Below are positions 1 through 10,900 of a DNA stretch of 64,000 nt, in pieces. Position numbers and translations under genes: made by a program. The first letter of the stretch is position 1; each line of letters begins with the position of its first letter. The notes under the pieces are model-generated. The model saw only the letters and a program-made list of their open reading frames with translations. It did no database searches and was not told where the DNA came from. The DNA comes from a virus, in the IMG/VR virus record IMGVR_UViG_3300044712_000336, positions 1-64,000 of that record, one strand, 5' to 3'.

Positions 1-589
1 AAGGTGCTTTCTTTTCTTTCAATTCGAATAATACTTCTAAACATTCATCTTCAACTTTATTTTTATCAGTTTCAGCTTGTGTAGTGTATTCTTCATCATC
101 AATATAGAATATTTGATCTGCTGTGTACATTCCCATTGGATTTTTACTATTAGCAACCTCATCTGAATTTAAACAGATTAAGTACTTCAAATAATCATCA
201 GCATTACCTAAATCTAACTCTGTATAAACATCATCAATATCTTCATTCGATTTAGTGATTGTAATACGTAGTTTAGTTAAATAATTATTCTCAAACTTAT
301 TAGGATCTAATTCTATACCTAATTTCTTTTCAAACCATATACGTTCAGCATCACTATTAAATATATTTTTTAATCTACCTGTACGTGGATAAATTTTAAG
401 TAATATACTTTTAGATGATCCAGTTAGCATAATTGATTCAGATCTAACTTTCCTTGAATCATTACCTACAATTAGATTATTCTTTCTTACTGGTACTGGT
501 TTAATTCTTACTATTTTACCAGGTATTAGTGGTGATTTAAAAGAAGGGGTAGTTACCGAAGTAACTTCCCCCATATCAACATTGGCCAT
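1..589 (-). CDS. Structural protein immediately downstream of MCP (partial, runs off window start)
   Basis: Open frame from ATG at 589 (MANVDMGEVTS...) to the window edge; not in the ORF track because it is truncated; its position matches the conserved crAss-like head module. Confidence 0.7.
   Translation of the reverse strand, partial: MANVDMGEVTSVTTPSFKSPLIPGKIVRIKPVPVRKNNLIVGNDSRKVRSESIMLTGSSKSILLKIYPRTGRLKNIFNSDAERIWFEKKLGIELDPNKFENNYLTKLRITITKSNEDIDDVYTELDLGNADDYLKYLICLNSDEVANSKNPMGMYTADQIFYIDDEEYTTQAETDKNKVEDECLEVLFELKEKKAP
539..571 (-). terminator. Intrinsic terminator-like hairpin with cUUCGg loop, inside the first codons of the gene after MCP
   Basis: Minus strand reads GGGGAAGTTAC-TTCG-GTAACTACCCC followed by TTCTTTT. 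Confidence 0.7.
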
Positions 590-622
590 GTTTTACTTTG
601 TTTTACTTATTAATAATTATTA

Positions 623-2158
623 TTAGTATAGTACTGCTGGTACTAATCTAACATTTTTAGTAGGATTCCATACTACACTACCAATACGTGATACATAGTG
701 GAATACATCTACATCAGTAGGAGTACCAGTTACAACTGGTGCAAACTCAGTACCATTACCTAAAAACTTAGAACCTATACCGGGTTGTACTGCATAAATA
801 TCAGGTTTACCAGCAAGTTCTACTTTCTGAATATTAGGACGACCATTGGTAGTACCAAAGTCCATAATATCAAATTCGTGTGAACTAACACGTCCACCAC
901 CAACATAAAGTTTCTTGTTACGAATAGGATCATCTTTATGTGCAGCTTTCATAAATTTAACACGAATACCATTTACACTAGCAAAACCAACTACTTGTCC
1001 AAGATTAGCTTCTACTTGATTAGTTCCAGTCCATTTGAAAGCCCTACCAGACTGATCACCCATAAATGCAGGAAGATAAGTAGGAATAAGTTCTTTCCTC
1101 ATCATCTTATTTAATTCAACCAAACCATATTCACCACCCATCATAGTAACATCACGTTGATCTTCTGGAACTCTACCTACAGCAGCATCCAAAATAATCT
1201 GTGTTAAGAAATCACTTGATAGTGAACCAGGATAGTATGGATGTACATTACCTGCATCTAACAGTTCATATAGTCCACTTCCTTCATCAGCAGCTTGACC
1301 AGTTGTAGGATCAAAGTTAAGAGTACTACCATCTGCTAATTTATTATTCTTATCAAACAAGAATTTACGTGCCCTATCCAAACGATTCTGCAACAAGAAA
1401 TTCTTCCAATAACTATCAAACCATACTTTATGTTCTTTACCTTCATTATCTAGGAATTTGAATGTATATACATTACCAAATTGTCCTTCACGATACAATG
1501 ATGTAGGAACACTAACCATAGTTCTAAATTGACTCATCCTATTTTCAAATTCAAAGGGTGCAGTAAACGTAGTACCATAACCTTCTTTTGAAAACATATT
1601 AGCCATTAAACCACCATCAGCAGACCAACGAGTACCTAGTTTTAATTCTTCTTTAGGAATGTAAACACCATCACTACCTACTAACTGTAATTTATAACGG
1701 AATAATGAAGATGAAATCATTACTGGTTGTTCTACAATCCATAATCTATATTTATTAGGATTTTCACCAGCAATGTGTTGCCCTACACCAAACCATTTTT
1801 CATTAAAGTCCATATAGAAATGACTAGCATTAGCACCAACATATTGGTTATTTGTACCTACTGGAATAGTACCAGCAGCATCTTCCCATGCACCAGCAAG
1901 AGGGATATTCTTATCAGTCATACCAATACCTAACCAACGATATACTGGTTGTTCAGATACAAATGTACTATACTTATTTACTTCACTGATAATATCAGTT
2001 CCATAAGTAGTAGAGAACATTTTTTCCACTAATTGAGAAGCATAATAAGGGTTCTCACGATACATGTTTGCCAAGTTATATTTCATTGGAAAACGTTGAT
2101 CATGGAACTTCTGTTCATATAATTGGAAAGGTCTTACTTTCCCATAATTAACTGCCAT
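623..2158 (-). CDS. Major capsid protein (crAss-like)
   Basis: 511 aa; gene order TerL-portal-acidic protein-MCP; GSGL motif and HKDDPIRNK segment resemble crAss-like MCPs. Confidence 0.85.
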   Translation of the reverse strand: MAVNYGKVRPFQLYEQKFHDQRFPMKYNLANMYRENPYYASQLVEKMFSTTYGTDIISEVNKYSTFVSEQPVYRWLGIGMTDKNIPLAGAWEDAAGTIPVGTNNQYVGANASHFYMDFNEKWFGVGQHIAGENPNKYRLWIVEQPVMISSSLFRYKLQLVGSDGVYIPKEELKLGTRWSADGGLMANMFSKEGYGTTFTAPFEFENRMSQFRTMVSVPTSLYREGQFGNVYTFKFLDNEGKEHKVWFDSYWKNFLLQNRLDRARKFLFDKNNKLADGSTLNFDPTTGQAADEGSGLYELLDAGNVHPYYPGSLSSDFLTQIILDAAVGRVPEDQRDVTMMGGEYGLVELNKMMRKELIPTYLPAFMGDQSGRAFKWTGTNQVEANLGQVVGFASVNGIRVKFMKAAHKDDPIRNKKLYVGGGRVSSHEFDIMDFGTTNGRPNIQKVELAGKPDIYAVQPGIGSKFLGNGTEFAPVVTGTPTDVDVFHYVSRIGSVVWNPTKNVRLVPAVLY

Positions 2159-2180
2159 AATTTATTATTATTTTATTAGT

Positions 2181-3356
2181 TTACTTTTTCTTTTGCATCT
2201 TTTCAAATGCAGCTACAGGTGATGAATAATCAGTATCACTACTACTATATGTAGCGTTATAACCACCATCACCGCCTACAGGTTTACTACCACTAAAATA
2301 TCTTGATTTAGTTTCACTCGTTACTTTAGTTTTAATATCATTGATGATACTATCCCATTTTCCATCAAGGATACCATAATAGTCCAATGTTGCAAGTAAT
2401 GTCCTTGCTTTAATAGGATCTTTACTTAACTTTGAGAATATATCATCTGATTTAGCAAGTTCTTTAATCTTAGTTTTATCCTTTACTGATAAAGACTTAT
2501 TAGGTACTATCTCAGTAAGTGAATCAATATGTTTTTCAATATTAGATTTAAACTCATTAATTTGTTTTACTTGCTCATCATATTTTAACTTTTGTTCCTC
2601 TACAAGTTTAGTTTTAATTTTAACGTCATCTTCTTTCAATGCGGGAAGAATTTCTTTTACTTCATCATTAAATTCATCAAGATCTTGTGCTCTTTTCATA
2701 TTACGACTTATCATTGAATCCGATAAACCTTTTCTCTTATAATAATCAATATATGCTTTTTCCTTCATTGAAGGATTAGATAGTACATCTTCTTCGTTAA
2801 TACTATCGTAAGTATGTTCCTGTTTTACTTTAATAAAGTCTTCAAGTTTACCACCTTTTTCAAGGAATGAAAGTAGTCCATTATGTTTCTCATCCATATA
2901 GGAAACTAATTCATCCCTATCTTTCTTTAATTGATCTGTCCAAATCTTTCTGAAGTTATCGTCAGTTTGTTCAAAATCTTCTGGAATATCAATAGTAAGT
3001 AATTCACTATCTTTTAAATCTTGAAGTAATGCTTTACCATCAAATTGTAATCCTTTAGCTTTTGGATTTTTATCCTCTACTTTAGTATTACTTTCTTTCT
3101 TTTCTTCCTTTTCCTCAATCTCTACAGGAACATCATCTTCATTTAATAATACTTGTTCTTCTTCATCATTATTTAATAATGATGGATCTAAATCAAGATT
3201 ATTACCATTTTGATTTTGTTTACCTTTTTTCTCTGGTTGTTTGGATTCATGTACAGTTCCATCATCTTCCATATTAAAGAATATTTCAGATTCATTATTA
3301 CCCATATCTTGCATAAACTCAACAAGTTGAGTATCATTAAAATCAGTATTTGCCAT
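2181..3356 (-). CDS. Acidic coiled-coil head protein between portal and MCP (putative scaffold)
   Basis: Highly acidic N-terminus, helical C-terminus, conserved crAss-like synteny. Confidence 0.65.
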   Translation of the reverse strand: MANTDFNDTQLVEFMQDMGNNESEIFFNMEDDGTVHESKQPEKKGKQNQNGNNLDLDPSLLNNDEEEQVLLNEDDVPVEIEEKEEKKESNTKVEDKNPKAKGLQFDGKALLQDLKDSELLTIDIPEDFEQTDDNFRKIWTDQLKKDRDELVSYMDEKHNGLLSFLEKGGKLEDFIKVKQEHTYDSINEEDVLSNPSMKEKAYIDYYKRKGLSDSMISRNMKRAQDLDEFNDEVKEILPALKEDDVKIKTKLVEEQKLKYDEQVKQINEFKSNIEKHIDSLTEIVPNKSLSVKDKTKIKELAKSDDIFSKLSKDPIKARTLLATLDYYGILDGKWDSIINDIKTKVTSETKSRYFSGSKPVGGDGGYNATYSSSDTDYSSPVAAFEKMQKKK

Positions 3357-3422
3357 AACAAAATTAGTTATAATTTATATTTATTTTTGTGTTTTTAAGT
3401 TTTATGTACTTTCAGGTATGAC

Positions 3423-5849
3423 TTAACTCTGTTTTTTCTTAGTTTTAGCCAATTCATTTTGTCTATCCAACTCATTTTGTTTTGCTTCAAAATCACGTTG
3501 TTTATCTGCCTCTTGTTGGTCAAATTTACGTTGTGCTTCTTTATCAGCATTAACAAGTTGTTGTTTTTCTAATTCTATATTATCTTCTATTCCATTATTA
3601 TTAGCATCTGTATAGAATTGTTTAAATGCTTCAGATTTGGCTTTATCTTGTAAATCCATTTGTTTAAGTTGCATATCATATTCAGCTTTAACTTTAATTT
3701 CTTCAAGTTTGAATTGATGTTCCATTTGTTTCATTTGTACTTGAACTCGTAATGCTTGCTGTTGTATTTGTACTTTCTGTTGTTCTATCTGTATACTTTC
3801 TTGACGTTTCCTTTCTTCAGCACTTTTTAATCCTTCTATCATAGAAGTAGGACTATGTGATAACATTAACATTGCAACATCGCTCAGATTAACAGTACCA
3901 CCTTGTACAGCTCTACTGATAATATCGGTTTTTAATAATGATTCAAGTTCAGCAACTTTAGTACTATTAGTTATCTGTACATCATAATCAGCTTCATTAA
4001 ATGTAGCACCATCAAACTCTAATAATGCTATTTGTGCATCATCTAATATTGCTTGTCTTAACTCTTTTTTATCCTTTAAACAATATTTAGCTACTTCTAA
4101 GAATCCCCGTAAAAACTCTATTTGAAATTCATCATGTAATCTAAATAACCATTCAGTTTGAGTTGCACTATATGATACAGCTTGTTGAGCATTACCTACT
4201 TGTTCATTAGGTGATATATTTCCTTGACGTTGTGGTGATATACCTGATAATCTACTAATCATATTTTCAAGATAATTTAGATATGTTAATATCTGTTCTA
4301 TCTCTTGTGCAGCAGACATATCAATATATGAATTACTACCTTGCATATTACCCGCTATATGACCTCTTCCGTCTTCTTGGAAAGAATTACGTAATGCTAC
4401 TCTATGTTTTCTTATGAAATTAAACCATCTTCTTACATCCCATTTTTCACCATCATCCATCATTCCATTAGGTATTGATGCTAAATCAATATTAGCTACT
4501 CTACCATAATTAGTAAGCCATAGATGTTTTAGTTTTTTAGCATATACAACATATTCATAAGCAAATGATTTAACTGTATCAATAATGGAAAATGCTTTAC
4601 CGTTATTTATATTACTAACTATTCCACGATACATAGGTTTACATTCTGCTGGATTAGTCATACTTCTAAATTGTACTGGATTAGGTTTAATATCAGTATA
4701 TATATTAGCACCTATCTTAACGCCAGACCACCATTCAGGTATCCATATCCATTCAATACTTTCACCTTTAGATTCATCTGCTTTATAAAACTCATGTACA
4801 TATTGCTGTTGTTCATTACCAAACTCATCAATATATTTTAATATACCAATTTTACGTTGGGACATCCATTGTACACGCAATACTAATATATTACCATTCT
4901 TATCAAACCATCCGAATCCAAATTGAGGAACGTCTAAATCATCAATAGGTAATAATACATTAGGTAAATCTTCATAATTAGCAATCATAGTACCTCTCGA
5001 TCTAACAATATAATTACTATATTCTTCCAACTCTTTAATTTGAGTAAAGGTTAGATTCCTAAACTCTCTTAATATAGTACCCATATTATAATATTCCCAA
5101 TGTAATATCATAGTGGAATCTTCTATTCTATTACTTTGACCATTACCTTTATATAATACTTGCATAGGATTACATTTTAACCAATAAGGCTCACCATTAG
5201 CAATTCCTAACATTGCTATTTCTTCAGCACCAATAACTAAATCTTTATAACAATTACTACTAAAGTTTTTCCATCTCAATCTTTCCATATAATGTTGAAG
5301 AACATTATTAGCTAATTTCTCATGGACAGTTTGTACACCATATTGTTTCCATTTAATTAACTCTTCGATTTCTTTTTGTAACTCTTCATCATTGATTTGT
5401 TCTGCTTGCATTTTCTGTATAAGAAATTGAGATATTCTTTCCCGTATAATTCTTTCCTTCATGGAAACAGCTTCAGCATTTGTTACATAAGCACGTGGAT
5501 CAAAACTACGTTTTAATTGTTCACCTACTAATGTATCTAATACATTCTTTAATACAGCTAATCCATCAGTTTCATCAAATAAATCCTTAACATCATTATC
5601 ATAATCATCATCATCTAATAACATTGGATTTAGTTGCCTTGCTATTTTCTTTGGATCATACTTCCCTAATACTATATTATAATTCTCTATCTTATCTTGT
5701 TTAGATTTTCTTATTAAATCATGCGAGAATAATACACGATTAATAGTACCATCTATACTATCCTTCTGCCATTTCAAACCACGTTTAGTGTTATCACTAA
5801 CTAACTGTGATGGAAATTCAGCATCTACCCTGAATGGATAATTGTCCAT
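3423..5849 (-). CDS. Portal protein
   Basis: 808 aa next to TerL; WIWIPEWWSGVKIG and SGISPQRQG segments typical of crAss-like portals; Q-rich coiled-coil C-terminus. Confidence 0.88.
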   Translation of the reverse strand: MDNYPFRVDAEFPSQLVSDNTKRGLKWQKDSIDGTINRVLFSHDLIRKSKQDKIENYNIVLGKYDPKKIARQLNPMLLDDDDYDNDVKDLFDETDGLAVLKNVLDTLVGEQLKRSFDPRAYVTNAEAVSMKERIIRERISQFLIQKMQAEQINDEELQKEIEELIKWKQYGVQTVHEKLANNVLQHYMERLRWKNFSSNCYKDLVIGAEEIAMLGIANGEPYWLKCNPMQVLYKGNGQSNRIEDSTMILHWEYYNMGTILREFRNLTFTQIKELEEYSNYIVRSRGTMIANYEDLPNVLLPIDDLDVPQFGFGWFDKNGNILVLRVQWMSQRKIGILKYIDEFGNEQQQYVHEFYKADESKGESIEWIWIPEWWSGVKIGANIYTDIKPNPVQFRSMTNPAECKPMYRGIVSNINNGKAFSIIDTVKSFAYEYVVYAKKLKHLWLTNYGRVANIDLASIPNGMMDDGEKWDVRRWFNFIRKHRVALRNSFQEDGRGHIAGNMQGSNSYIDMSAAQEIEQILTYLNYLENMISRLSGISPQRQGNISPNEQVGNAQQAVSYSATQTEWLFRLHDEFQIEFLRGFLEVAKYCLKDKKELRQAILDDAQIALLEFDGATFNEADYDVQITNSTKVAELESLLKTDIISRAVQGGTVNLSDVAMLMLSHSPTSMIEGLKSAEERKRQESIQIEQQKVQIQQQALRVQVQMKQMEHQFKLEEIKVKAEYDMQLKQMDLQDKAKSEAFKQFYTDANNNGIEDNIELEKQQLVNADKEAQRKFDQQEADKQRDFEAKQNELDRQNELAKTKKKQS

Positions 5850-5884
5850 ACTTCTATATCTTGTTTTAAAGTTTGCTTAAATTA

Positions 5885-5926
5885 AAAATGGATAACTAAG
5901 TATAATGATACTTAATCATCCATTTT
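5885..5926 (-). other. Hairpin in the portal 5' UTR
   Basis: AAAATGGAT...ATCCATTTT arms with an inner TAAGTAT/ATACTTA stem. Confidence 0.5.
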
Positions 5927-5935
5927 GATTATGCG

Positions 5936-5967
5936 CAAAATTAGTTATAATATTAACTAAATACAAG
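5936..5967 (-). promoter_or_regulatory. Bacteroidota housekeeping-type promoter for the portal-MCP operon
   Basis: Minus strand CTTG-N20-TAATTTTG (-33/-7 consensus TTTG / TAnnTTTG). Confidence 0.65.
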
Positions 5968-6014
5968 TTTATTTTATAACTAATAAAAATATATTCCATC
6001 ACTAGTATAAATGA

Positions 6015-8198
6015 TTAATCCAATGAAATTCTATGACGTTTTCTTCCCTTACCTAACATTCTTACCCATTCCATATCACTTACAATTGGATTAATTCTAC
6101 TAGTATCTTTTGTTACCTCTACTTTTATACATTCTTCCATGTATAATAGTGTATAACCAAAAGCATCAACACGGTCAAAGTTACCTTCCTTAATCCAATC
6201 TTTTAATTCCTGTAGTAATGCAATTCCTCTTATCCTATGAGTTCTTGTTAAATTTTCCTTTACATTATTTTTATCATCTTCGTCTGTTTCATCTTCTATT
6301 ATATCCAATGGTTCGGCCATATATGATTGTATTAACTTCCTACACCACGCTTTAACTTGTCCTTGACTATCTGATTTAATACCTTTATTATTAGCTAATC
6401 CTTTATAGTTAAATTTATCTTTCCATAACTCTGGTGTATTAGCTAATAAATGCACACTATTCATACGTTCAAAGTATCGGAATAAACCTACTAAGTTTGC
6501 TTCAAATAATGTTTGGCATTTATAATATAATAATAACCTACGTAATTGTTCATAGTATGTATTAACATCAGAAGGTCTTCCTGTATATTCAGCTACAATA
6601 CGTTTTGTTACTCTATTCATAACAAATGTACTTGCTAATGAGAATGTATCACCAACATCATCTCTTCCCAAATCTACAGGGTCAGTACCAGCTACATATA
6701 ACATATCAGGTATTTTACCATTTTTATCCATATATACATCTTCATATAATATAATACAACCGTCTGGTTTCTTATCTTTTGTTGGAAAATCTAATAATGG
6801 AATAGCATTATCATCTTCTTTAAAGAAGACATTTCCTTTACCATCTATATTCATAAAACCATATCTTTCTGTATTCCTATACATAGGATTGGTTTTAAGT
6901 TCTGCTAATTGTTCACCTATTAATTTAATATCAAATGGGGATCCTTCAACTTTCATAACAGCTTCCTCTATATTTAGAGGATGTTCTGCCATTTGTTGTC
7001 TTAGCATTGATGGATCTCGTTTTAAAACTTCTCTATTTATTACTTCTGTTTGTATTGCAGGAATAATATTAGTATTACCATTTATATCAGTAAATCCTTT
7101 TTTATTTACATAATCTGGTACTACATAACATACTTTTTGGTTTATCCTACCTTTTTCCCATATATTAGGGATACCATATATATTAAATAATTCAGGATCT
7201 CTTGTTAATTTTTCTAAACCAGCAAATCCTTCACCTATTTCACCACCTGTTCCAAAGGTAATCATAGTACCAAATACCTCACCGTCTTCTTCAACTGAAG
7301 ATCTAGCAATTTGCCAAGATTCTTTTAATATTGGGTTACTACCAGATTCTTCCCATACTATTAATTTACCTCTAATACCACGAGATTTATTAGGATCACC
7401 ACCTAATGATATACCTATTATTTCACTCTTATAACCACTTTCTATTACTTTTCCACCGTCTAAATATTCTTTAAATGATGCTCTCCTATTTTCAGCAATA
7501 TCTTTATATTGTCTTCTTTTAAACCATTCAGTATGTTCATCAACAAAAGACATGTGATCACTAACTTTTGTCAATATAGCATCTTTCTTAGTTAAGAACC
7601 CCCAATCATTAGCTATTGCATAACTTTTACTTTCTGGTATTAAATAAAAATTACGTGTCATCATACTAGCAGCTTTAAATGAATATCCCTTACCACGGGA
7701 TTTAATACATCCACAATGTTGCCCCCTTTTTTCTGCTTCTTCTACATAATGAAACCAATAATAATCACCATCATAAATTAATGGAAAATCGGATCTTCTT
7801 TCTGCTCTAACTTTTCCAGTTATACTATTTTTAGAGATTTCTTTAGATTGTAAAATAGGTGTATAGTTCCAATACCAGTATAAATAACCAGGTATATAAT
7901 CATATCCAGTATGATAACCATTAACACATCTATCTTGTTCTCTCTGCCAAAATTTAATATATGATGAACTACTATTTAAGTTTACAGTAGCTTGTGTGTA
8001 TTTACCTAATTCTTGAAACTCTTGTCTTACTGCTATAAATTCATCCATATTAGTTAATAGTTTTCCATTACAGAAATGATCTATTAACTTATACTCATAA
8101 GTATCACTTGTATATTCTAATCCTGTATTATTATCAAGTGGTATATCTACATTAAATTGTATTATATTCTCAGGAAGTTGTATTAGTTTTTGTTCCAT
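6015..8198 (-). CDS. terL: Terminase large subunit
   Basis: Walker A KSRGKGYS, Walker B LIVWEESG, FGTGG coupling motif, nuclease AGTDPVD and GNFDRVDA; no intron or intein seen. Confidence 0.92.
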   Translation of the reverse strand: MEQKLIQLPENIIQFNVDIPLDNNTGLEYTSDTYEYKLIDHFCNGKLLTNMDEFIAVRQEFQELGKYTQATVNLNSSSSYIKFWQREQDRCVNGYHTGYDYIPGYLYWYWNYTPILQSKEISKNSITGKVRAERRSDFPLIYDGDYYWFHYVEEAEKRGQHCGCIKSRGKGYSFKAASMMTRNFYLIPESKSYAIANDWGFLTKKDAILTKVSDHMSFVDEHTEWFKRRQYKDIAENRRASFKEYLDGGKVIESGYKSEIIGISLGGDPNKSRGIRGKLIVWEESGSNPILKESWQIARSSVEEDGEVFGTMITFGTGGEIGEGFAGLEKLTRDPELFNIYGIPNIWEKGRINQKVCYVVPDYVNKKGFTDINGNTNIIPAIQTEVINREVLKRDPSMLRQQMAEHPLNIEEAVMKVEGSPFDIKLIGEQLAELKTNPMYRNTERYGFMNIDGKGNVFFKEDDNAIPLLDFPTKDKKPDGCIILYEDVYMDKNGKIPDMLYVAGTDPVDLGRDDVGDTFSLASTFVMNRVTKRIVAEYTGRPSDVNTYYEQLRRLLLYYKCQTLFEANLVGLFRYFERMNSVHLLANTPELWKDKFNYKGLANNKGIKSDSQGQVKAWCRKLIQSYMAEPLDIIEDETDEDDKNNVKENLTRTHRIRGIALLQELKDWIKEGNFDRVDAFGYTLLYMEECIKVEVTKDTSRINPIVSDMEWVRMLGKGRKRHRISLD

Positions 8199-8205
8199 AT
8201 ATTAA

Positions 8206-8775
8206 TTATTTTGGTCGTTCAAATCCACCTATTCTTCCTTCACCTCTAATACGATTATTAGTCTTACCAGTATCTTCTGTTTCTAGTAAATCTCGCAATT
8301 CATTCAATTCTTTAATTATATTACTTGTTTCCTTTAATGCAGATATTACTTCTTTTACTTTATATTTATATGTTCCTGTAGGTGATACTTCATCATAATC
8401 TACATTATCAAAATAACCTTTAGTCTTCTCTGCTGCACTTAATGCTGATTTAAGGTATTCTGCATTAAATGTATAATTATTTTTAATGAATTGATTTTTT
8501 GCTAATACTAATAACTTATCAGGTTTCCATAATGTTCCTTCACCAAATACATCAACAATAATTCTTAATTCTCTATCTTTAGGGTCAACATATTCTTTAT
8601 ATGGATTTCTTTTATCCATACTACATAAGTACCAGATATAAGATAATTCCTTTATTGCAATATGTTTTCCTTTAGTATTATCACGTTCCCATATATCAGA
8701 GTATGCTTTAATACCTGCTATTTCTGGATGTATTGTTATTGTTCCTTCATTAGTGATTTCAATTAATCTTTCCAT
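8206..8775 (-). CDS. Conserved protein upstream of TerL (candidate terminase small subunit)
   Basis: Adjacent to TerL, helical, basic C-terminal tail; function assigned by position only. Confidence 0.4.
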   Translation of the reverse strand: MERLIEITNEGTITIHPEIAGIKAYSDIWERDNTKGKHIAIKELSYIWYLCSMDKRNPYKEYVDPKDRELRIIVDVFGEGTLWKPDKLLVLAKNQFIKNNYTFNAEYLKSALSAAEKTKGYFDNVDYDEVSPTGTYKYKVKEVISALKETSNIIKELNELRDLLETEDTGKTNNRIRGEGRIGGFERPK

Positions 8776-9185
8776 ATACCTAATTGTTTCATTAGTTTTT
8801 TAAGTTCAGATTTGTTTTTAATAGTGCCTGAAAAATAATATATATATTCATTTCCAAATTCCCCACAATAAAAATTCTTTTTATATATTCCTATTTCATT
8901 ATAGGAATATAATCTAATTGTTATATTATCTTTTATAAAATATTCTTGTATATATTTATTTTCTGCTGGTACATATTTAAATCCTAAACTTTCTATATCT
9001 TCTCTATCTAAATATTTAACTCTAGTTCTTATTTCAAGTAAATGTCTAAATGTAAATTCTCCTAATTTATCAAAATCATTTATACTACAAATTTGATAGT
9101 TCCAAATACCTTCTTTTACTTGCTCCTCATACTCAAATCCAACACAAAACTCTTCTATTGAAGGAACATAATATTTATTTTCCAT
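8763..9185 (-). CDS. Hypothetical protein
   Basis: Tightly packed ORF in operon. Confidence 0.6.
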   Translation of the reverse strand: MENKYYVPSIEEFCVGFEYEEQVKEGIWNYQICSINDFDKLGEFTFRHLLEIRTRVKYLDREDIESLGFKYVPAENKYIQEYFIKDNITIRLYSYNEIGIYKKNFYCGEFGNEYIYYFSGTIKNKSELKKLMKQLGIWKD

Positions 9186-9187
9186 TA

Positions 9188-9727
9188 TTAAATACTTTTA
9201 ATATTATCACTATTCTTTGCTAGAAATTCATGGTCTATATCATTTCTATCCCATATAGGAATATATTCTTCTGGATGTGTTAATTCTCTATCATCTAATG
9301 ATGGTTCACCATGTGTTCCTACACTAGATATTCCTTTACCAAAATAAGGTACACCTGTATTCCAATTATGTTGTAACACTATAGGAATACTTTCTAATTT
9401 ATCCTGACAATATGGACATACTTGTAAATGTTCTACAGATATTCCTACATTGGATATATTCATTACTACATATTTATCACACTTTTCACAATAGTATAAT
9501 AAATCATTTTTTTCCTTTGCAATATCTTCCGATATTTCTAAAGTATATCCACTACTATTAAGTACAACCTGTTTATACTTTAAAAATCCAGCACTACTTG
9601 TATCTGATAATAATTGTAACTCTACTTCTTTTGAAAGATTACATTTTCCTTTAATATAATGTAATCTTATATATCCATTATTTCTTGGTCTGTCTTTCCA
9701 GATTTTCTCTTTGTTTATCATCTTCAA
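9188..9727 (-). CDS. Hypothetical protein with zinc-ribbon (CxxC...CxxC)
   Basis: CEKC and CPYC pairs. Confidence 0.55.
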   Translation of the reverse strand: MKMINKEKIWKDRPRNNGYIRLHYIKGKCNLSKEVELQLLSDTSSAGFLKYKQVVLNSSGYTLEISEDIAKEKNDLLYYCEKCDKYVVMNISNVGISVEHLQVCPYCQDKLESIPIVLQHNWNTGVPYFGKGISSVGTHGEPSLDDRELTHPEEYIPIWDRNDIDHEFLAKNSDNIKSI

Positions 9728-10058
9728 TTATTTTTTCAATTTTCTTTAATGTTTTACCACTTAGTTTAATAAACCCTAACCCAGGAATAGATATATTATA
9801 TTTATGGTCTAATATATCACTACCATCTCTATGTACATCAATTGCTCTCATTATTTCTCTTATAAAGAGATATTGTGATAAATGTATCTTTGCCACATCT
9901 TTCCAATGTAAGTTATATTTATCACCTATTTGTTTATATAAATCTTCTATCTTATTTTGAATTGATCCTTGATGTACTAATATATCTTCTATTCCTTCAA
10001 GTTCTGGAAACTTAATCTGTCTTGGCCGACCTGCTTTCTTAGGTTCAGTATTTTTCAT
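9678..10058 (-). CDS. IHF/HU-like DNA-binding protein
   Basis: NISIPGLGFI resembles the HU/IHF beta-arm motif; small and basic; crAss-like position. Confidence 0.5.
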   Translation of the reverse strand: MKNTEPKKAGRPRQIKFPELEGIEDILVHQGSIQNKIEDLYKQIGDKYNLHWKDVAKIHLSQYLFIREIMRAIDVHRDGSDILDHKYNISIPGLGFIKLSGKTLKKIEKIIEDDKQRENLERQTKK

Positions 10059-10324
10059 TATTTACCAAATCCTTTAATTCTTACTCTTTCCATTAGTGAT
10101 TGTATATATTCAGGTCTATGATTTACTAAATATGTTTTATCCATAATATCTACATAACATCTTGTTTTATATACATAATTTCCTTTATATAGATAGGATA
10201 CATTAGTAATATCAGACTTCCTCACTATAAACTTCCTCTTTGCGTTCTTCTTGTATATTACTGTTTTGTCCGTCTTTGTTTGGTATGATAGATCGCACAG
10301 AACTGTTAGTTGTACTGTTTCCAT
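10058..10324 (-). CDS. Hypothetical protein
   Basis: Stop/start coupled to neighbour. Confidence 0.55.
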   Translation of the reverse strand: METVQLTVLCDLSYQTKTDKTVIYKKNAKRKFIVRKSDITNVSYLYKGNYVYKTRCYVDIMDKTYLVNHRPEYIQSLMERVRIKGFGK

Positions 10325-10721
10325 TTTTAACTAAAAATTTAAAGAGTAACATATTTATGTTATCATCAGTATTAAGTTTAAATAAGAATTTATCATTAAT
10401 CTTATTATCAATTAATAATTTACCATAAGATGATTCTATTTTCCTTAATGATGATATGATATTATTCAATGTTGGTGTATTAACTGCTAGTATATTACAC
10501 ATATCTTTCCTTGATGACGTTGATAGTATTATTTCCCATATTACTGAATCATCAACACCTTTATCTACATAATCATTATATAGTAATAGTAAATGTGCTA
10601 ATAGTTCTATTTGTTTATTTGCAAGTTTAAGATTATACATTATATCAATAACTCTTGTATATACATCATAGAATTTCTTAGCACTTACTTGTACAGGAAT
10701 AACTAGTTTTCCATTATTCAT
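10212..10721 (-). CDS. Putative HTH DNA-binding protein
   Basis: SRKDMCNILAVNTPTLNNIISSLRK is winged-HTH-like. Confidence 0.45.
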   Translation of the reverse strand: MNNGKLVIPVQVSAKKFYDVYTRVIDIMYNLKLANKQIELLAHLLLLYNDYVDKGVDDSVIWEIILSTSSRKDMCNILAVNTPTLNNIISSLRKIESSYGKLLIDNKINDKFLFKLNTDDNINMLLFKFLVKNGNSTTNSSVRSIIPNKDGQNSNIQEERKEEVYSEEV

Positions 10722-10725
10722 ATTA

Positions 10726-10899
10726 TTATTTTAATTTTGTTGTATATACAACTTGTTTATTTTTTGGTGTTTTATCAAATGTGGATAAGTCATACGTTGT
10801 TATTCCATCTTTAGTACAACATACCCACACTTGATATATTTTATTTGTATTGAATGATAGTTTATTAGCAAGTTGTATAATATCATCCAGATTGTTCAT
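10726..10899 (-). CDS. Small hypothetical protein (57 aa, below ORF-track cutoff)
   Basis: MNNLDDIIQL... fills the gap between flanking genes exactly. Confidence 0.5.
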   Translation of the reverse strand: MNNLDDIIQLANKLSFNTNKIYQVWVCCTKDGITTYDLSTFDKTPKNKQVVYTTKLK

Positions 10900-10900
10900 A

